From positions 12,384-76,383 of the IMG/VR virus record IMGVR_UViG_3300012665_000962: a stretch of 64,000 nucleotides of DNA. The stretch is one strand, 5' to 3'. This stretch comes from a virus (Duplodnaviria > Caudoviricetes). The first letter of the stretch is position 1, and each line of letters opens with the position of its first letter. Shown in pieces: positions 10,301-18,514 of this stretch. A model generated the notes under the pieces. It was not told the DNA's origin and did not search any database. It was given only the letters and a program-made list of their open reading frames with translations. The position numbers and the translations under genes were made by a program.

Positions 10301-10721
10301 TTTGGGTGTCTAACCACCACTGGCCGTCTGATGCTTCTGATCCTGGAACCGTTGAAGTTCCAGACAGATCATTTAAATTAATATCTGCTCTTGCGATATA
10401 CGCTGTATTTGAAATTCCTAAGAAGCTGTAAGCTGCTTGGAGACCGTATTCATTTTGTTCGTCTCCATTTCTAGAACTTCCTGAAATTGTTCTTTTAAAA
10501 GTTGGAGTTCCGTAAAAGTCTACAAGTTCTCTCTGACTTGAAACTCTATATACTGTTCCAATGTTTGCTGCGAGTGTGCCTCTTGCGATGCCAGTTCCGC
10601 TAGCGTTTGATTTGTTCTGGGCTGTAGCTACGATAATGAGAGGGGTTGTCCCTGCTTCTGCTGGGGTATAAAAACTCTCGTCATTTACTGTAACTTGTAC
10701 GCCTGGTGATGTTAGGGCCAT
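7344..10721 (-). CDS. Tail sheath protein (T4 gp18-like), enlarged to 1125 aa
   Basis: N-terminal SPGVQVTVND, FYGTPTF, C-terminal WFAPAGIRRG, VNPLTFF, GQRT, ALDRINVARL, FEPNDKITR, VCDETNNTP, IEPVKAIEFIYI. Confidence 0.97.
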   Translation of the reverse strand: MALTSPGVQVTVNDESFYTPAEAGTTPLIIVATAQNKSNASGTGIARGTLAANIGTVYRVSSQRELVDFYGTPTFKRTISGSSRNGDEQNEYGLQAAYSFLGISNTAYIARADINLNDLSGTSTVPGSEASDGQWWLDTQSTKWGIFEWDASPASLGGQKFVAKTPIVLSEADADKIDGNEPASGVGKVGDYAVVAKSDVIRYFYKGKDYTGLATSAAWTLVGSKDWRGTSPTIVTTTAGYASSGLSTTGYKFIINGVSITVGSGNDLATEMVGLINGYAIQGVRAGVVNGKVGFFVTSNTDESGDSTDTEGASITFQTSPENPAITIASIFGFAAGQYFAPDLSIAPHTTVPQWKDGTQEPRPTGSVWVKSTEPNSGARWRIKKWNSSSKAWIETVAPLYSTGHTSIYGLDKASGGEKISKDAVYVQYNYSEDTGYDDTPQTASFKIFVRRTTGATSIVSDQIGLGTLTAGSKSFTIRESVLGSRLLGTPDPLGISAPAPVVITFTAAGNATDANAIAEAINASTLVNIEASVSNSKLVISHKLGGEFRLLDTNDALADIGYTGFNITNGDGTVDLYDAPAGESYDFIASNWLPMAGSATGYVADMDPPLNDPTDGQLWYSSSLNQIDIMVHDGNTWVGYLNEFPSADPAGPIISATKPVKQSDGASSLAAGDLWIDSSDTENYPTVYRWNTDTLKWVQIDIGDNTSEEGILFADARWTTGPGVGTESTEPADIADLLVSDFIDFDAPDPELYPQGMLLWNTRRSGFNVKAYRADYVNTEDDNARQGDQSMADYQPARWVTVSGSTFGRKAQRQVIVAALKATITTNQQIREDEVRSFNLIACPGYPEVLQNLVDLNNDRGATAFVVGDTPMRLAADTTSVTNWGSNANGATDNGDAGLVTYDPYAAVFYPSGLTNDNTGNSIVVPASHMMLKTIALSDQVAYPWFAPAGIRRGAITNATAVGYIDTTSGEFKSVSLTEGQRDALYNVKVNPLTFFNGVGLVNYGQRTRSAGSSALDRINVARLVVYLRTQLNKLAKPFVFEPNDKITRDEIKQAIESLLLELTGLRAIYDYAVVCDETNNTPARIDRNELYVDIAIEPVKAIEFIYIPLRLKNTGEIQGARAS

Positions 10722-10828
10722 GCCGTTCTCTCCTGATGGTTAAAACTTTGTATAGATATTTAGCGCCGTTTGCCAAAAATACACTGTTATAACCCTCAGG
10801 AAAGGGATGAAAAAGGGTAAGTATTTGT

Positions 10829-11164
10829 ATGAGACCTTTATGCGAATGCGGTTTAAGACCGTCTGCGGTTAACTACCACAAAAATGGTAAAACTTTCTAC
10901 AGGTCTATGTGTGAAACTTGCTTAAAAAAAGGCAAATGCTTTGGTATACCTAAATGGCACAGAGCTGGTTATCGAAAAAAATCACAATGCGACAAATGCG
11001 GTTTTAAATCTCAACACAAAGAAGTGTTTACGGTATATCATGCCGATGAAAATCTTAACAATTGTCGCCCTAGCAATCTTAAAACAGTCTGTGCTAACTG
11101 TCAACGAGTGTTAGCTAAAGAAGGTGTTAAATGGAAGCAAGGAGATCTAGCTGCTGATTTTTAG
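10829..11164 (+). CDS. HNH-like zinc-finger protein
   Basis: Several CxxC pairs and the motif YHADENLNNCRPSNLKTVCANC typical of small HNH proteins. Confidence 0.65.
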   Translation: MRPLCECGLRPSAVNYHKNGKTFYRSMCETCLKKGKCFGIPKWHRAGYRKKSQCDKCGFKSQHKEVFTVYHADENLNNCRPSNLKTVCANCQRVLAKEGVKWKQGDLAADF

Positions 11165-11774
11165 CTAACATTTCGCTTTGTTTAAACAGATCATTAATAG
11201 TTCCGTTATTATCGACAACTACATCAAAGTCGGTGTTTGTCCAAGCCCATTCAGATGCGTGAATGCGGTGTATCGTTGACATTTCTTCTAACGCTGTTTT
11301 ATCGCCCTGACATGCTAGTCTAGCAGTGTTAAACCAAATAGGTTCATCACCACGAACTACTCGTATTACCATGCCGCCGGCACGTTTTATAGCCGCTACT
11401 TCGTTAGGAAATCTTACGTCACTGATTACAATGTTATCTTGGCTTTTACTGAGTTTATTTTCTAAACTAGCAATCCAAATATCGTCATTAAACCCTTTGC
11501 GGCATACTTCAGTGCCCCAATATTGTAGTACCCAACGTGGAGTTAAATTGGGCATACCTAGTCGATCTGCCCACCACGGGTCTACTTGTTCGCGCCATTC
11601 ACGTGCTTCTTTAGTACGTCCTTCTAGCATAACTCGATCCCAGCCAAACACCGCACTTACAGCATCTTTAAGTGTGTTAGCAAAACTATCCCTACGAAAC
11701 TCATGAAAGTTTACCAGATAGTCAGCAATGGTGTCTTTGCCAGTGCCAATAAAACCGCAGATTCCTATGATCAT
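11127..11774 (-). CDS. Deoxynucleoside monophosphate kinase (T4 gp1-like)
   Basis: P-loop GICGFIGTGKDT, FANTLKD, LQYWGTEVCR, VISDVRFPNE, HASE. Confidence 0.93.
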   Translation of the reverse strand: MIIGICGFIGTGKDTIADYLVNFHEFRRDSFANTLKDAVSAVFGWDRVMLEGRTKEAREWREQVDPWWADRLGMPNLTPRWVLQYWGTEVCRKGFNDDIWIASLENKLSKSQDNIVISDVRFPNEVAAIKRAGGMVIRVVRGDEPIWFNTARLACQGDKTALEEMSTIHRIHASEWAWTNTDFDVVVDNNGTINDLFKQSEMLAKNQQLDLLASI

Positions 11775-11825
11775 AAAAAAGCCCTCTATTTGTTATATAA
11801 TAAAGGGCTTTTTGTTCTGTGTCAA
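11775..11825 (-). promoter_or_regulatory. Sigma70 promoter overlapping a terminator/RBS-occluding hairpin
   Basis: TTGACA (11825-11820), 17-nt spacer, TATTAT (11802-11797); arms AAAAAGCCCTTTATT / AATAGAGGGCTTTTT pair and include the AGAGG SD of the kinase gene. Confidence 0.8.
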
Positions 11826-11832
11826 GTGTGGC

Positions 11833-12597
11833 TTAGCCAATTACAAATGTATATCCTGCGTTGGCGTGTCCTGGAACATAGTTAACTAATTCCGCAGTTA
11901 ATCTTTCGATGTCCGCAGCAGCTTCTTGTTTGAGGGCCGCTCCGTTTAGCTGTGTGCCTCCCTGTGGACCAGCTATGCCAGCAAATTTTTCACGAGCTTG
12001 ACCTAACATCATCTTACAATTAGCCAAAGTATAATCTTTGATCCAGATATTAGCGTAAGTGTCTGTAAGTATAGCGTGGTCTGGGCGTGTGTTGTATACC
12101 CAAAGCATTAGTTCCTCGTCGGATCTTGGTCTTTGATGTATTGTTAATTTACGACTTTGCGCATGCCAAGTAAATTGAATAAAGCTACCAAACATTTTAC
12201 CCACACGTTCTTGATATTGCGCAAATAATTCGTAGGTTAAAAGCCCGCCCATGTTTGTTGATGATAACAAATAGGTGTTTGTGTAGGCTAAGTTAAATGG
12301 TTCAAAAACAGTACCGCCGTTGCCGCCACCCGATCTTGACCCTATGCTTCTTCGATATATTTCACGTACTACCTGTATTTCTTTGGGCAGTATGTATTCG
12401 TTTTGGTCAAGTTGAAGTGTTAAAAAAGCAAAGCTCTCTTCTACGGAATTATCGCTGCGCTGCCTAAAAATAGCAAGGGCACGATCCAGTGCTGTTTCGT
12501 AGTGTTTTGGGTCTAGTTCAACATCAACCATGCCGTCGCCCAGCATAGTTTTACAGTAATCGTAGACTTTTTGTTTTTCTTGATCTAATTGGCTCAT
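11833..12597 (-). CDS. Neck protein / head-tail adaptor (T4 gp13-like)
   Basis: MLGDGMVDVELD, WIKDYTLANCKMMLGQAREKF, GPQGGTQLNG. Confidence 0.9.
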   Translation of the reverse strand: MSQLDQEKQKVYDYCKTMLGDGMVDVELDPKHYETALDRALAIFRQRSDNSVEESFAFLTLQLDQNEYILPKEIQVVREIYRRSIGSRSGGGNGGTVFEPFNLAYTNTYLLSSTNMGGLLTYELFAQYQERVGKMFGSFIQFTWHAQSRKLTIHQRPRSDEELMLWVYNTRPDHAILTDTYANIWIKDYTLANCKMMLGQAREKFAGIAGPQGGTQLNGAALKQEAAADIERLTAELVNYVPGHANAGYTFVIG

Positions 12598-12602
12598 GCT
12601 AG

Positions 12603-12623
12603 TATTTATTGCTGCGGTAAATA
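12603..12623. promoter_or_regulatory. Back-to-back T4-type late promoter boxes
   Basis: ATAAATA on the minus strand (12609-12603) before gp13; GTAAATA on the plus strand (12617-12623) before gp14. Confidence 0.7.
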
Positions 12624-12630
12624 TATGACT

Positions 12631-13947
12631 ATGCCAAGACTTTCATTATACAAGCCCGAAAAGGGCAACGATTACAGGTTCTTTGATCGCAATATTTGGG
12701 AAATGTTCCAAGTAGGCGGAACCGACGTTTTAATTCACAAATACGTAGGACCAGGTGCTCCGCTGCCCGGGGAAAGTACCCCAACGATCCCGCAATATAC
12801 CGGTGGTATCCCTGAACTTCAAATACAAGATCTATTATTTTTAGAAAATAGAGATCGTAAGTATGATCCTGATGTTTATGTAATGAGAGGCATATACAAT
12901 ATACAAGACATAGATTTTAACCTAAGTCAATTTGGTTTATTTTTACAAAACGATACAATTTTTATCACATTCCATATCAACGATACTGTAGAAAAATTAG
13001 GTCGTAAAATTATGGCAGGCGATGTATTAGAACTACCGCATCTCAAAGATGAGTATGCCCTTAATGATCTTAAGTTTGCTCTTAAAAGATTTTATGTCAT
13101 ACAAGAAGTTAATAGAGCAGCTGAAGGTTTTTCAGCAACATGGTATCCTCATTTATATCGAGCAAAATGTAAACCTTTGGTAGACAGTCAAGAGTTTAAA
13201 CAAATTTTAGACGGTATTGCTGACACTGAAAATTACAAAGGCGGGTGGTCATCTACAACTACCTATTATCCAGACGATGTAGTAACAGGACCAGACGGTA
13301 GAAAATACACAGTGATATCAGAAGTCACTGGTATTACTCCTCCAAATACAACCTACTATCGAGATGCTGATACTCTTAGAGATATCATGAGTACCTATGA
13401 AACTGAAATGCAGATAACGCAGGCAGTTTTAGATCAAGCAGAAGCCGATGCTCCAAAAAGTGGTTATGATACTTCTATGTTTTATACTGTTCCGTTAGAT
13501 GACAATGGAAAAATAAAATTAGTAACCGCCGATGGCGAAGCAGTCACAGTCGACAACAATGATCCAAACGCAGGCGTAGATGCTAGTTATGTAGTAGCAC
13601 ATCCAGTTAAAGATGGGTATGATAGCTATCACCAAGAGGCACTGCCGCCAAACGGTGCTCCTTTTACCAGTGGTATAGCATTTCCTTTATCTCCAGTAGA
13701 AGGTCAATTTTGTCTACGAACAGATTATTTTCCTAAACGATTGTTTAGATATGATGGCAAACGTTGGGTCAAGTACGAAGATAATGTGCGTATGACCATG
13801 AGCAATAACGGTTCTGATTCAGCTGAGCCAAGATTAAATCAGCGAGGAACATTTATTAACAATACCAAAGTCAATACCATTGACGGTAAACAAGTACCAG
13901 AGAAGCAAAGCCTTAGCAAGGCTTTAAGACCTAAGGCAGACGAATAA
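12631..13947 (+). CDS. Neck protein / head completion (T4 gp14-like), extended
   Basis: MPRLSLYKPEKGNDYRFFDR, FLENRDRKYD, FNLSQFGLFL, GDVLELPHL. The track start (12589) overlaps gp13, so 12631 (or 12625) is preferred. Confidence 0.8.
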   Translation: MPRLSLYKPEKGNDYRFFDRNIWEMFQVGGTDVLIHKYVGPGAPLPGESTPTIPQYTGGIPELQIQDLLFLENRDRKYDPDVYVMRGIYNIQDIDFNLSQFGLFLQNDTIFITFHINDTVEKLGRKIMAGDVLELPHLKDEYALNDLKFALKRFYVIQEVNRAAEGFSATWYPHLYRAKCKPLVDSQEFKQILDGIADTENYKGGWSSTTTYYPDDVVTGPDGRKYTVISEVTGITPPNTTYYRDADTLRDIMSTYETEMQITQAVLDQAEADAPKSGYDTSMFYTVPLDDNGKIKLVTADGEAVTVDNNDPNAGVDASYVVAHPVKDGYDSYHQEALPPNGAPFTSGIAFPLSPVEGQFCLRTDYFPKRLFRYDGKRWVKYEDNVRMTMSNNGSDSAEPRLNQRGTFINNTKVNTIDGKQVPEKQSLSKALRPKADE

Positions 13948-15389
13948 TGGATTTTTTCTACGACGGACAGATAAGACGATACGTTACACAGTTCATGCGT
14001 ATCTTTATAGGTTTTAATTACAAGTCGGGCGACGGCACCTTACGCCAAGTGCCTGTGCTGTACGGTGACCTTAGTAGACAAGTTGGCAGTGTTATTGCTG
14101 AAAATTCCAGCAACAAATTACCATCTGTGCCACGTGTAGCATGTTACATCACAAGTCTAGAAATAGACAGATCAAGATTAGCTGATCCTAGCTTTGTATC
14201 AAAAGTCAATATAAGAGAAAGAGCGTTTAGTGAATATGACGAAAACGGAAAACCTCTTTATGAAAATTATCAAGGTGGTGGGTATACTGTAGAACGTTTG
14301 ATGCCTACACCGTTTAAGTTGAGTATGAGAGCTGACATTTGGTCTTCAAATACAGATCAAAAGTTACAACTGTTAGAACAAATTCTAGTACTGTTTAATC
14401 CTAGCCTTGAAGTACAGACCACAGACAACTATATTGATTGGACCAGTTTAAGTGTAATTGATTTAGTAAGTTCAACATTTAGTTCGAGAACAATACCTGC
14501 TGGTACTGAAGACGAAATAGATATTTGTACTTTAGATTTTGAAATGCCTATATACATTAGTCCGCCTGCTAAAGTTAAAAAACTTGGTGTTATACAAAAT
14601 ATTATTATGAATATGTTTAATGCTGACGGAGAGTTAAGACCTGTAAATGAACTAGCATTTAATCTTGATATCACAGATGGGCCCGGTGCTAACTTATACG
14701 CATCAATAGTAACTCCTGGTCAATACGGAGTGTTGTTGGTTGCTGATAAATCAATAACAGGTGTTGACATGAATACCTATTATGTGTCTGTGTTAGATCC
14801 TAACGAAGCCATTAAAGAAATGGGTTTAGAAATGGGCATCAAACAAGGCGAACGCATAGACTGGAATAAAGTATTGTTACAATATGTAGGTTATAAAGCT
14901 GACATTAGTAGAATTAGATTTTTACAACCAAATGGCAGCGAAATCATAGGCACATTCTCAGTCAACGAATTAGATCCAACCTACTTGGTTGTGTCATTTG
15001 ATTCTGGAACATTGCCAACTAATACACTAACTCATGTTACATCAATAATTAATCCACAGACATTTAACCCGTTAATCGCATTTGAATCTAAAGCAAATAT
15101 CCCTGTAGGAACTAGATATTTGATCTTAGAAGACATTGGCAATGAAAATAACGCAGATGGTGCTGATGGTTGGAAAGGCGTTACCAACGTTGATCTTGTG
15201 GCAAAAGCCAACGACATAATTGAGTGGAACGGTACAAATTGGGTAGTGTCGTTTAACTCGACAAGCATTGATACTGTTTCTTATGTTACTAATTTAAGAA
15301 CTAAAATTCAATATAAGTGGGACGGAGAACAGTGGCTCAAGTCATTCGAAGGCGAGTACACTGCCGGATATTGGAGTTTTGATCTCTAA
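13947..15389 (+). CDS. Tail terminator / sheath stabiliser (T4 gp15-like) with C-terminal extension
   Basis: FFYDGQIRRY..QF..IF, VPVLYGD, QKLQLLEQILVLFNP, DFEMPIYISPP. Confidence 0.85.
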   Translation: MDFFYDGQIRRYVTQFMRIFIGFNYKSGDGTLRQVPVLYGDLSRQVGSVIAENSSNKLPSVPRVACYITSLEIDRSRLADPSFVSKVNIRERAFSEYDENGKPLYENYQGGGYTVERLMPTPFKLSMRADIWSSNTDQKLQLLEQILVLFNPSLEVQTTDNYIDWTSLSVIDLVSSTFSSRTIPAGTEDEIDICTLDFEMPIYISPPAKVKKLGVIQNIIMNMFNADGELRPVNELAFNLDITDGPGANLYASIVTPGQYGVLLVADKSITGVDMNTYYVSVLDPNEAIKEMGLEMGIKQGERIDWNKVLLQYVGYKADISRIRFLQPNGSEIIGTFSVNELDPTYLVVSFDSGTLPTNTLTHVTSIINPQTFNPLIAFESKANIPVGTRYLILEDIGNENNADGADGWKGVTNVDLVAKANDIIEWNGTNWVVSFNSTSIDTVSYVTNLRTKIQYKWDGEQWLKSFEGEYTAGYWSFDL

Positions 15390-15406
15390 GGTTGATACAT
15401 ATTAGC

Positions 15407-15793
15407 ATGCAGAAACATGCCGGTATACTTTTTATTTCAAAAAAATCTTCTAGGATTTTCCTTCTTTTGAATGACGGAAAATGGATTGTGCCTACATTTA
15501 TTCGGTCGCAGTCTGTTATAGAAGATGCTACTCCAGTTATCAAATCATATTGCGATAAAGAATCAAAATTAATCCCAATTGAATTGTATCTAAGTCAAGA
15601 CCAAGGGTTTGAATTTTCTACATATATCTGTTTAATTGATGACGATTTTACGGCTAGCAACGATGCTTCTTATTGTTGGGCTGCGTTAACTAACCTTCCA
15701 AAAAATCTACATAGCGGGTTGAAGTCGACACTGGCAAATAAAATAATTCAAACTAAAATAAACACAATATTATTAATGGGGAAAGACCTATGA
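15407..15793 (+). CDS. Hypothetical protein, possibly a degenerate NUDIX fold
   Basis: AGILFISKKSSRIFLLL start and IPIELY..D.GFEFSTY...W...LP..LH end resemble small phage NUDIX proteins, but there is no Nudix box. ATG 15407 lies 5 nt after ATACATA. Confidence 0.5.
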   Translation: MQKHAGILFISKKSSRIFLLLNDGKWIVPTFIRSQSVIEDATPVIKSYCDKESKLIPIELYLSQDQGFEFSTYICLIDDDFTASNDASYCWAALTNLPKNLHSGLKSTLANKIIQTKINTILLMGKDL

Positions 15794-16047
15794 CATTCTT
15801 AACTATTAAAAATAATGCTCAGTTTAAAAAAGATTTTGATCGATTTAAAGAAGTTATAGATCAATTAGACGGTGACAAAAAAGCTCAAGCTGAAAAACTT
15901 TTTCGTCGATTTACAGATGCTGTAAAAAGAATTGACGACACGTTGGAAAACGTTGCTTGGGCTCCAATTAATTATTCTTTTCATGTTGACGCCCGAGCCG
16001 AACTCAACAAACTTAGAGTCGATCTAGAAAATCTTTTACCGAAATAA
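15790..16047 (+). CDS. Hypothetical small helical protein
   Basis: 85-aa ORF, ATGA-coupled to the upstream gene. Confidence 0.6.
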   Translation: MTFLTIKNNAQFKKDFDRFKEVIDQLDGDKKAQAEKLFRRFTDAVKRIDDTLENVAWAPINYSFHVDARAELNKLRVDLENLLPK

Positions 16048-16885
16048 ATTGGTAATTCCCAATTACTGATTTTAATTTTTCTATATCAGCACAGGTGTAT
16101 GTTTGATACTGACCTTCCAATTCAGCAGGAAATTCAATTTCTTTTATTGAAGCATTATATTTTTTAGCAACAAGATCGGCTACATCCTTAAAAGAAATAA
16201 CTGTGCCTGTACCTAAATTGAATATACCGCTGTGCCAATGACCTACTGACAATTTAATATTAACAATATCTTCAACACAGACAAAGTCTCTTAGAAAATT
16301 CTCACTGTCTTTGAATACAAATACAGTTCCTTCTATCTGAGCCTGTTGAGAAAACTTGTGTATAGGACTTGCCTGCGATCCTTTTTGTTGTTCGCCACTA
16401 CCGTATACATTAAAATATCTCCAGCCTTGTAACTTAGCTCTGGGATTTTCTAATAGCTTAATAGCTGTGTAGTAATCTATATCGGCTTTGCTTTGTGCGT
16501 ACAGCGATCTAGGATCAAGAGGTTGATTTTCTTTAAACACTGGCCCTGCTCCATACACACTAGCAGAGCTAGCATATGATAAAAGAAAATCATGTTCAAT
16601 TGCCTTATCTATAAGAAAAACTGTAGGATTTTTATTTTTTCTTTGTATTAGATTTTTATCACGTTCTGTTGTACTAGATATTGCGCCTTCGTGATAAACA
16701 ACTTCAACTTTATTCCACTCGTTAAATTTGTCATAGAACTCGTCAATGGTAAGCCATTTAGCATAAGACAACTCTGTATTAGCACGAGCATTGTCAACAC
16801 AGATAATGTCAGTACGACCTAGTTTGTTTAGGCCATGGACTATATTAGATCCTATAAATCCTGCTGCGCCAGTGACTACAATCAT
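16013..16885 (-). CDS. hldD: ADP-L-glycero-D-manno-heptose 6-epimerase (extended SDR)
   Basis: MIVVTGAAGFIGSNIV, HEGAISSTTE, YASSASVYG, YxxxK (YAQSK), RYFNVYG, RDFVCVED, YQTYTCAD; ATGA-coupled start at 16885. Confidence 0.88.
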   Translation of the reverse strand: MIVVTGAAGFIGSNIVHGLNKLGRTDIICVDNARANTELSYAKWLTIDEFYDKFNEWNKVEVVYHEGAISSTTERDKNLIQRKNKNPTVFLIDKAIEHDFLLSYASSASVYGAGPVFKENQPLDPRSLYAQSKADIDYYTAIKLLENPRAKLQGWRYFNVYGSGEQQKGSQASPIHKFSQQAQIEGTVFVFKDSENFLRDFVCVEDIVNIKLSVGHWHSGIFNLGTGTVISFKDVADLVAKKYNASIKEIEFPAELEGQYQTYTCADIEKLKSVIGNYQFISVKDFLDRL

Positions 16886-17373
16886 CCTAGTGTCTTCTCC
16901 AGCCAAGTTTTACAATTAGGCCAATCTCTATAAATGTGTGCCTGACCACCAGCTTGGATCCATTCCTCGCAATTTGAGGTTCTGTCGTCGATTAAAATGT
17001 CACCTGCGTTACGGCAGTGCATGTGTTTTTCATAACTGTAAGGGCCAAGAAATACTGGAATGTGTGGAAAATTTTCAAATGCCCAAAATACTTTATCCTG
17101 TGGAGCCCACGGCATGTCATTGCCTTTGGGAATAGCACTTAAAAAATACAATCCACAGTTTGTTTTTGTTTTGTAATCAGTAACCCATTCTACTAGTTCG
17201 TGGGCTCCTTCCTTTATTGGCAGCTTACTATACATTCGTTGATCATCTTTAAGTCTGCGCCAAGTTGTTTCGGGCAGCATATCGCCATCTTTAAACAACG
17301 GTTCTTTAAGGTATGCTCTAGCATATCCAAACCAGTCAGCTACTACATCGTCCATGTCTAGGTAAATGTTCAT
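16882..17373 (-). CDS. HAD-family phosphatase (5'(3')-deoxyribonucleotidase-like)
   Basis: IYLDMDDVVAD (DxD motif I), FLSA, ILIDDR (motif IV). Confidence 0.8.
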   Translation of the reverse strand: MNIYLDMDDVVADWFGYARAYLKEPLFKDGDMLPETTWRRLKDDQRMYSKLPIKEGAHELVEWVTDYKTKTNCGLYFLSAIPKGNDMPWAPQDKVFWAFENFPHIPVFLGPYSYEKHMHCRNAGDILIDDRTSNCEEWIQAGGQAHIYRDWPNCKTWLEKTLG

Positions 17374-17768
17374 GACAGCGTACCTTCACCGTCTGGTGGT
17401 AACACTACCTGACTGTCACCAGGAATAATTCTGTAATTGTCTTCAACAGAATCTGCGGTACTCACTTCAAAAATCATTGCGTTCGGTGTCAATGCTTCTA
17501 GTTGGTGTGGTTGTAATGGAGCATTATGCCAAGTGTCACCGGTGTTGAGTTCTTTTTCAAAAAGAATTGCGTTGCTGGTATCTATCCATCTAACTTTAAA
17601 CTTTCCAGTATTAACAAACCAAGTTTCTACTTTGTTTTTGTGAAAGTGCATGCTAAACTTGGCACCTACTTTTGTGAAGCATAAAATTTTTCCTGTATAA
17701 TGCTCGTTGGTGGCAAATATTAATTCGTAGCCCCACCCTTTTTCTTGATAACCTTGTAATTGTGTCAT
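17370..17768 (-). CDS. Cupin-fold protein (sugar isomerase/epimerase-like)
   Basis: KGWGYE, SMHFH..K.ETW, H..PLQPHQL, EVST..SVEDNYR; AAGGA SD and ATGA coupling support the start at 17768. Confidence 0.8.
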   Translation of the reverse strand: MTQLQGYQEKGWGYELIFATNEHYTGKILCFTKVGAKFSMHFHKNKVETWFVNTGKFKVRWIDTSNAILFEKELNTGDTWHNAPLQPHQLEALTPNAMIFEVSTADSVEDNYRIIPGDSQVVLPPDGEGTLS

Positions 17769-18514
17769 TTTATTTCCTTTAAATTTGGAGCATAACAACC
17801 TACGTGTTGTACTGTTATTGACGCAGCTTTGTTAGAAAAATCTACAGCAGATGTAATTTGTTTTGTTTCTAGATACATATACGCCAACGCAGCTAGAAAT
17901 GTGTCTCCAGCTCCAGTAACATCTACTACTTCTACCGCAGGAGCAGAAGAAGAAAATTCATGATGTGGTATTACTGCGCCTTTAGCACCTTTGGTAACTA
18001 TTAATCCTGTGCACTCAGATTTAATTTTGCTGTATTCTAATTCATTAATTTTAACCCAAGCACCTTGAAGTCGTTCTAGATCTGTTTTCTTTGTGTCAAC
18101 AAACACAGGAATTCTAGTAGCAATAGCTTCTTCAATAATATCGTAAGACACTGTGCCTTTATCGTAGTCGCTGATAACAATAGCATCATAGACTTTAGGT
18201 ATTGCTGTTTCAAACTCAATAGGCTGTGAAACAACATCATTGTCTATTCTAACAATCTGTTGCTTACTGCGAATATCTACCAGTCTAGTCTTTGTACTAG
18301 TTTCTCCATGTAGGTAGTTTACGTCACAGCCTAGTGCTTCTAAATTACAAGCAACATTACCAGCCATACCCGGACTGTGTTCTTCGTGGCTAAACTTAAA
18401 CACTGGCACAGGTGCTTCCGGACTGATTCTATCTACGGTGCCGTATTGATATATGTCAAGGCAGTTGTCACCGATCAATAATATCTTGAATTTTTTCTGT
18501 TGTTGAATATCCAT
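17765..18514 (-). CDS. hldA: Heptose-7-phosphate kinase (HldE/RfaE domain I, PfkB family)
   Basis: ILLIGDNCLD.Y.YG..DRISPEAPVPV, GMAGNVA.NL, KTRL...QQIVRID, VISDYDKG, DVTGAGDTF. Confidence 0.9.
   Translation of the reverse strand: MDIQQQKKFKILLIGDNCLDIYQYGTVDRISPEAPVPVFKFSHEEHSPGMAGNVACNLEALGCDVNYLHGETSTKTRLVDIRSKQQIVRIDNDVVSQPIEFETAIPKVYDAIVISDYDKGTVSYDIIEEAIATRIPVFVDTKKTDLERLQGAWVKINELEYSKIKSECTGLIVTKGAKGAVIPHHEFSSSAPAVEVVDVTGAGDTFLAALAYMYLETKQITSAVDFSNKAASITVQHVGCYAPNLKEIK

Noticed and set aside
10765-10793. Full sigma70 promoter for the HNH-like gene
   Set aside because: TTGCCA and TATAAC are only 12 nt apart; at most an extended -10 (TGnTATAAC), too weak to call.
16882-17373. Calling the HAD gene gmhB
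   Set aside because: The motif pattern fits the 5'(3')-deoxyribonucleotidase-type HAD better and lacks the GmhB zinc-binding cysteines; only context suggests a GmhB-like role.
18468-18514. Programmed frameshift fusing the heptose adenylyltransferase and kinase (47-nt overlap with an A6 run)
   Set aside because: Each ORF has a complete terminus and the kinase has its own ATG; it would need a +1 shift and I saw no stimulatory structure. Not excluded, but unsupported.
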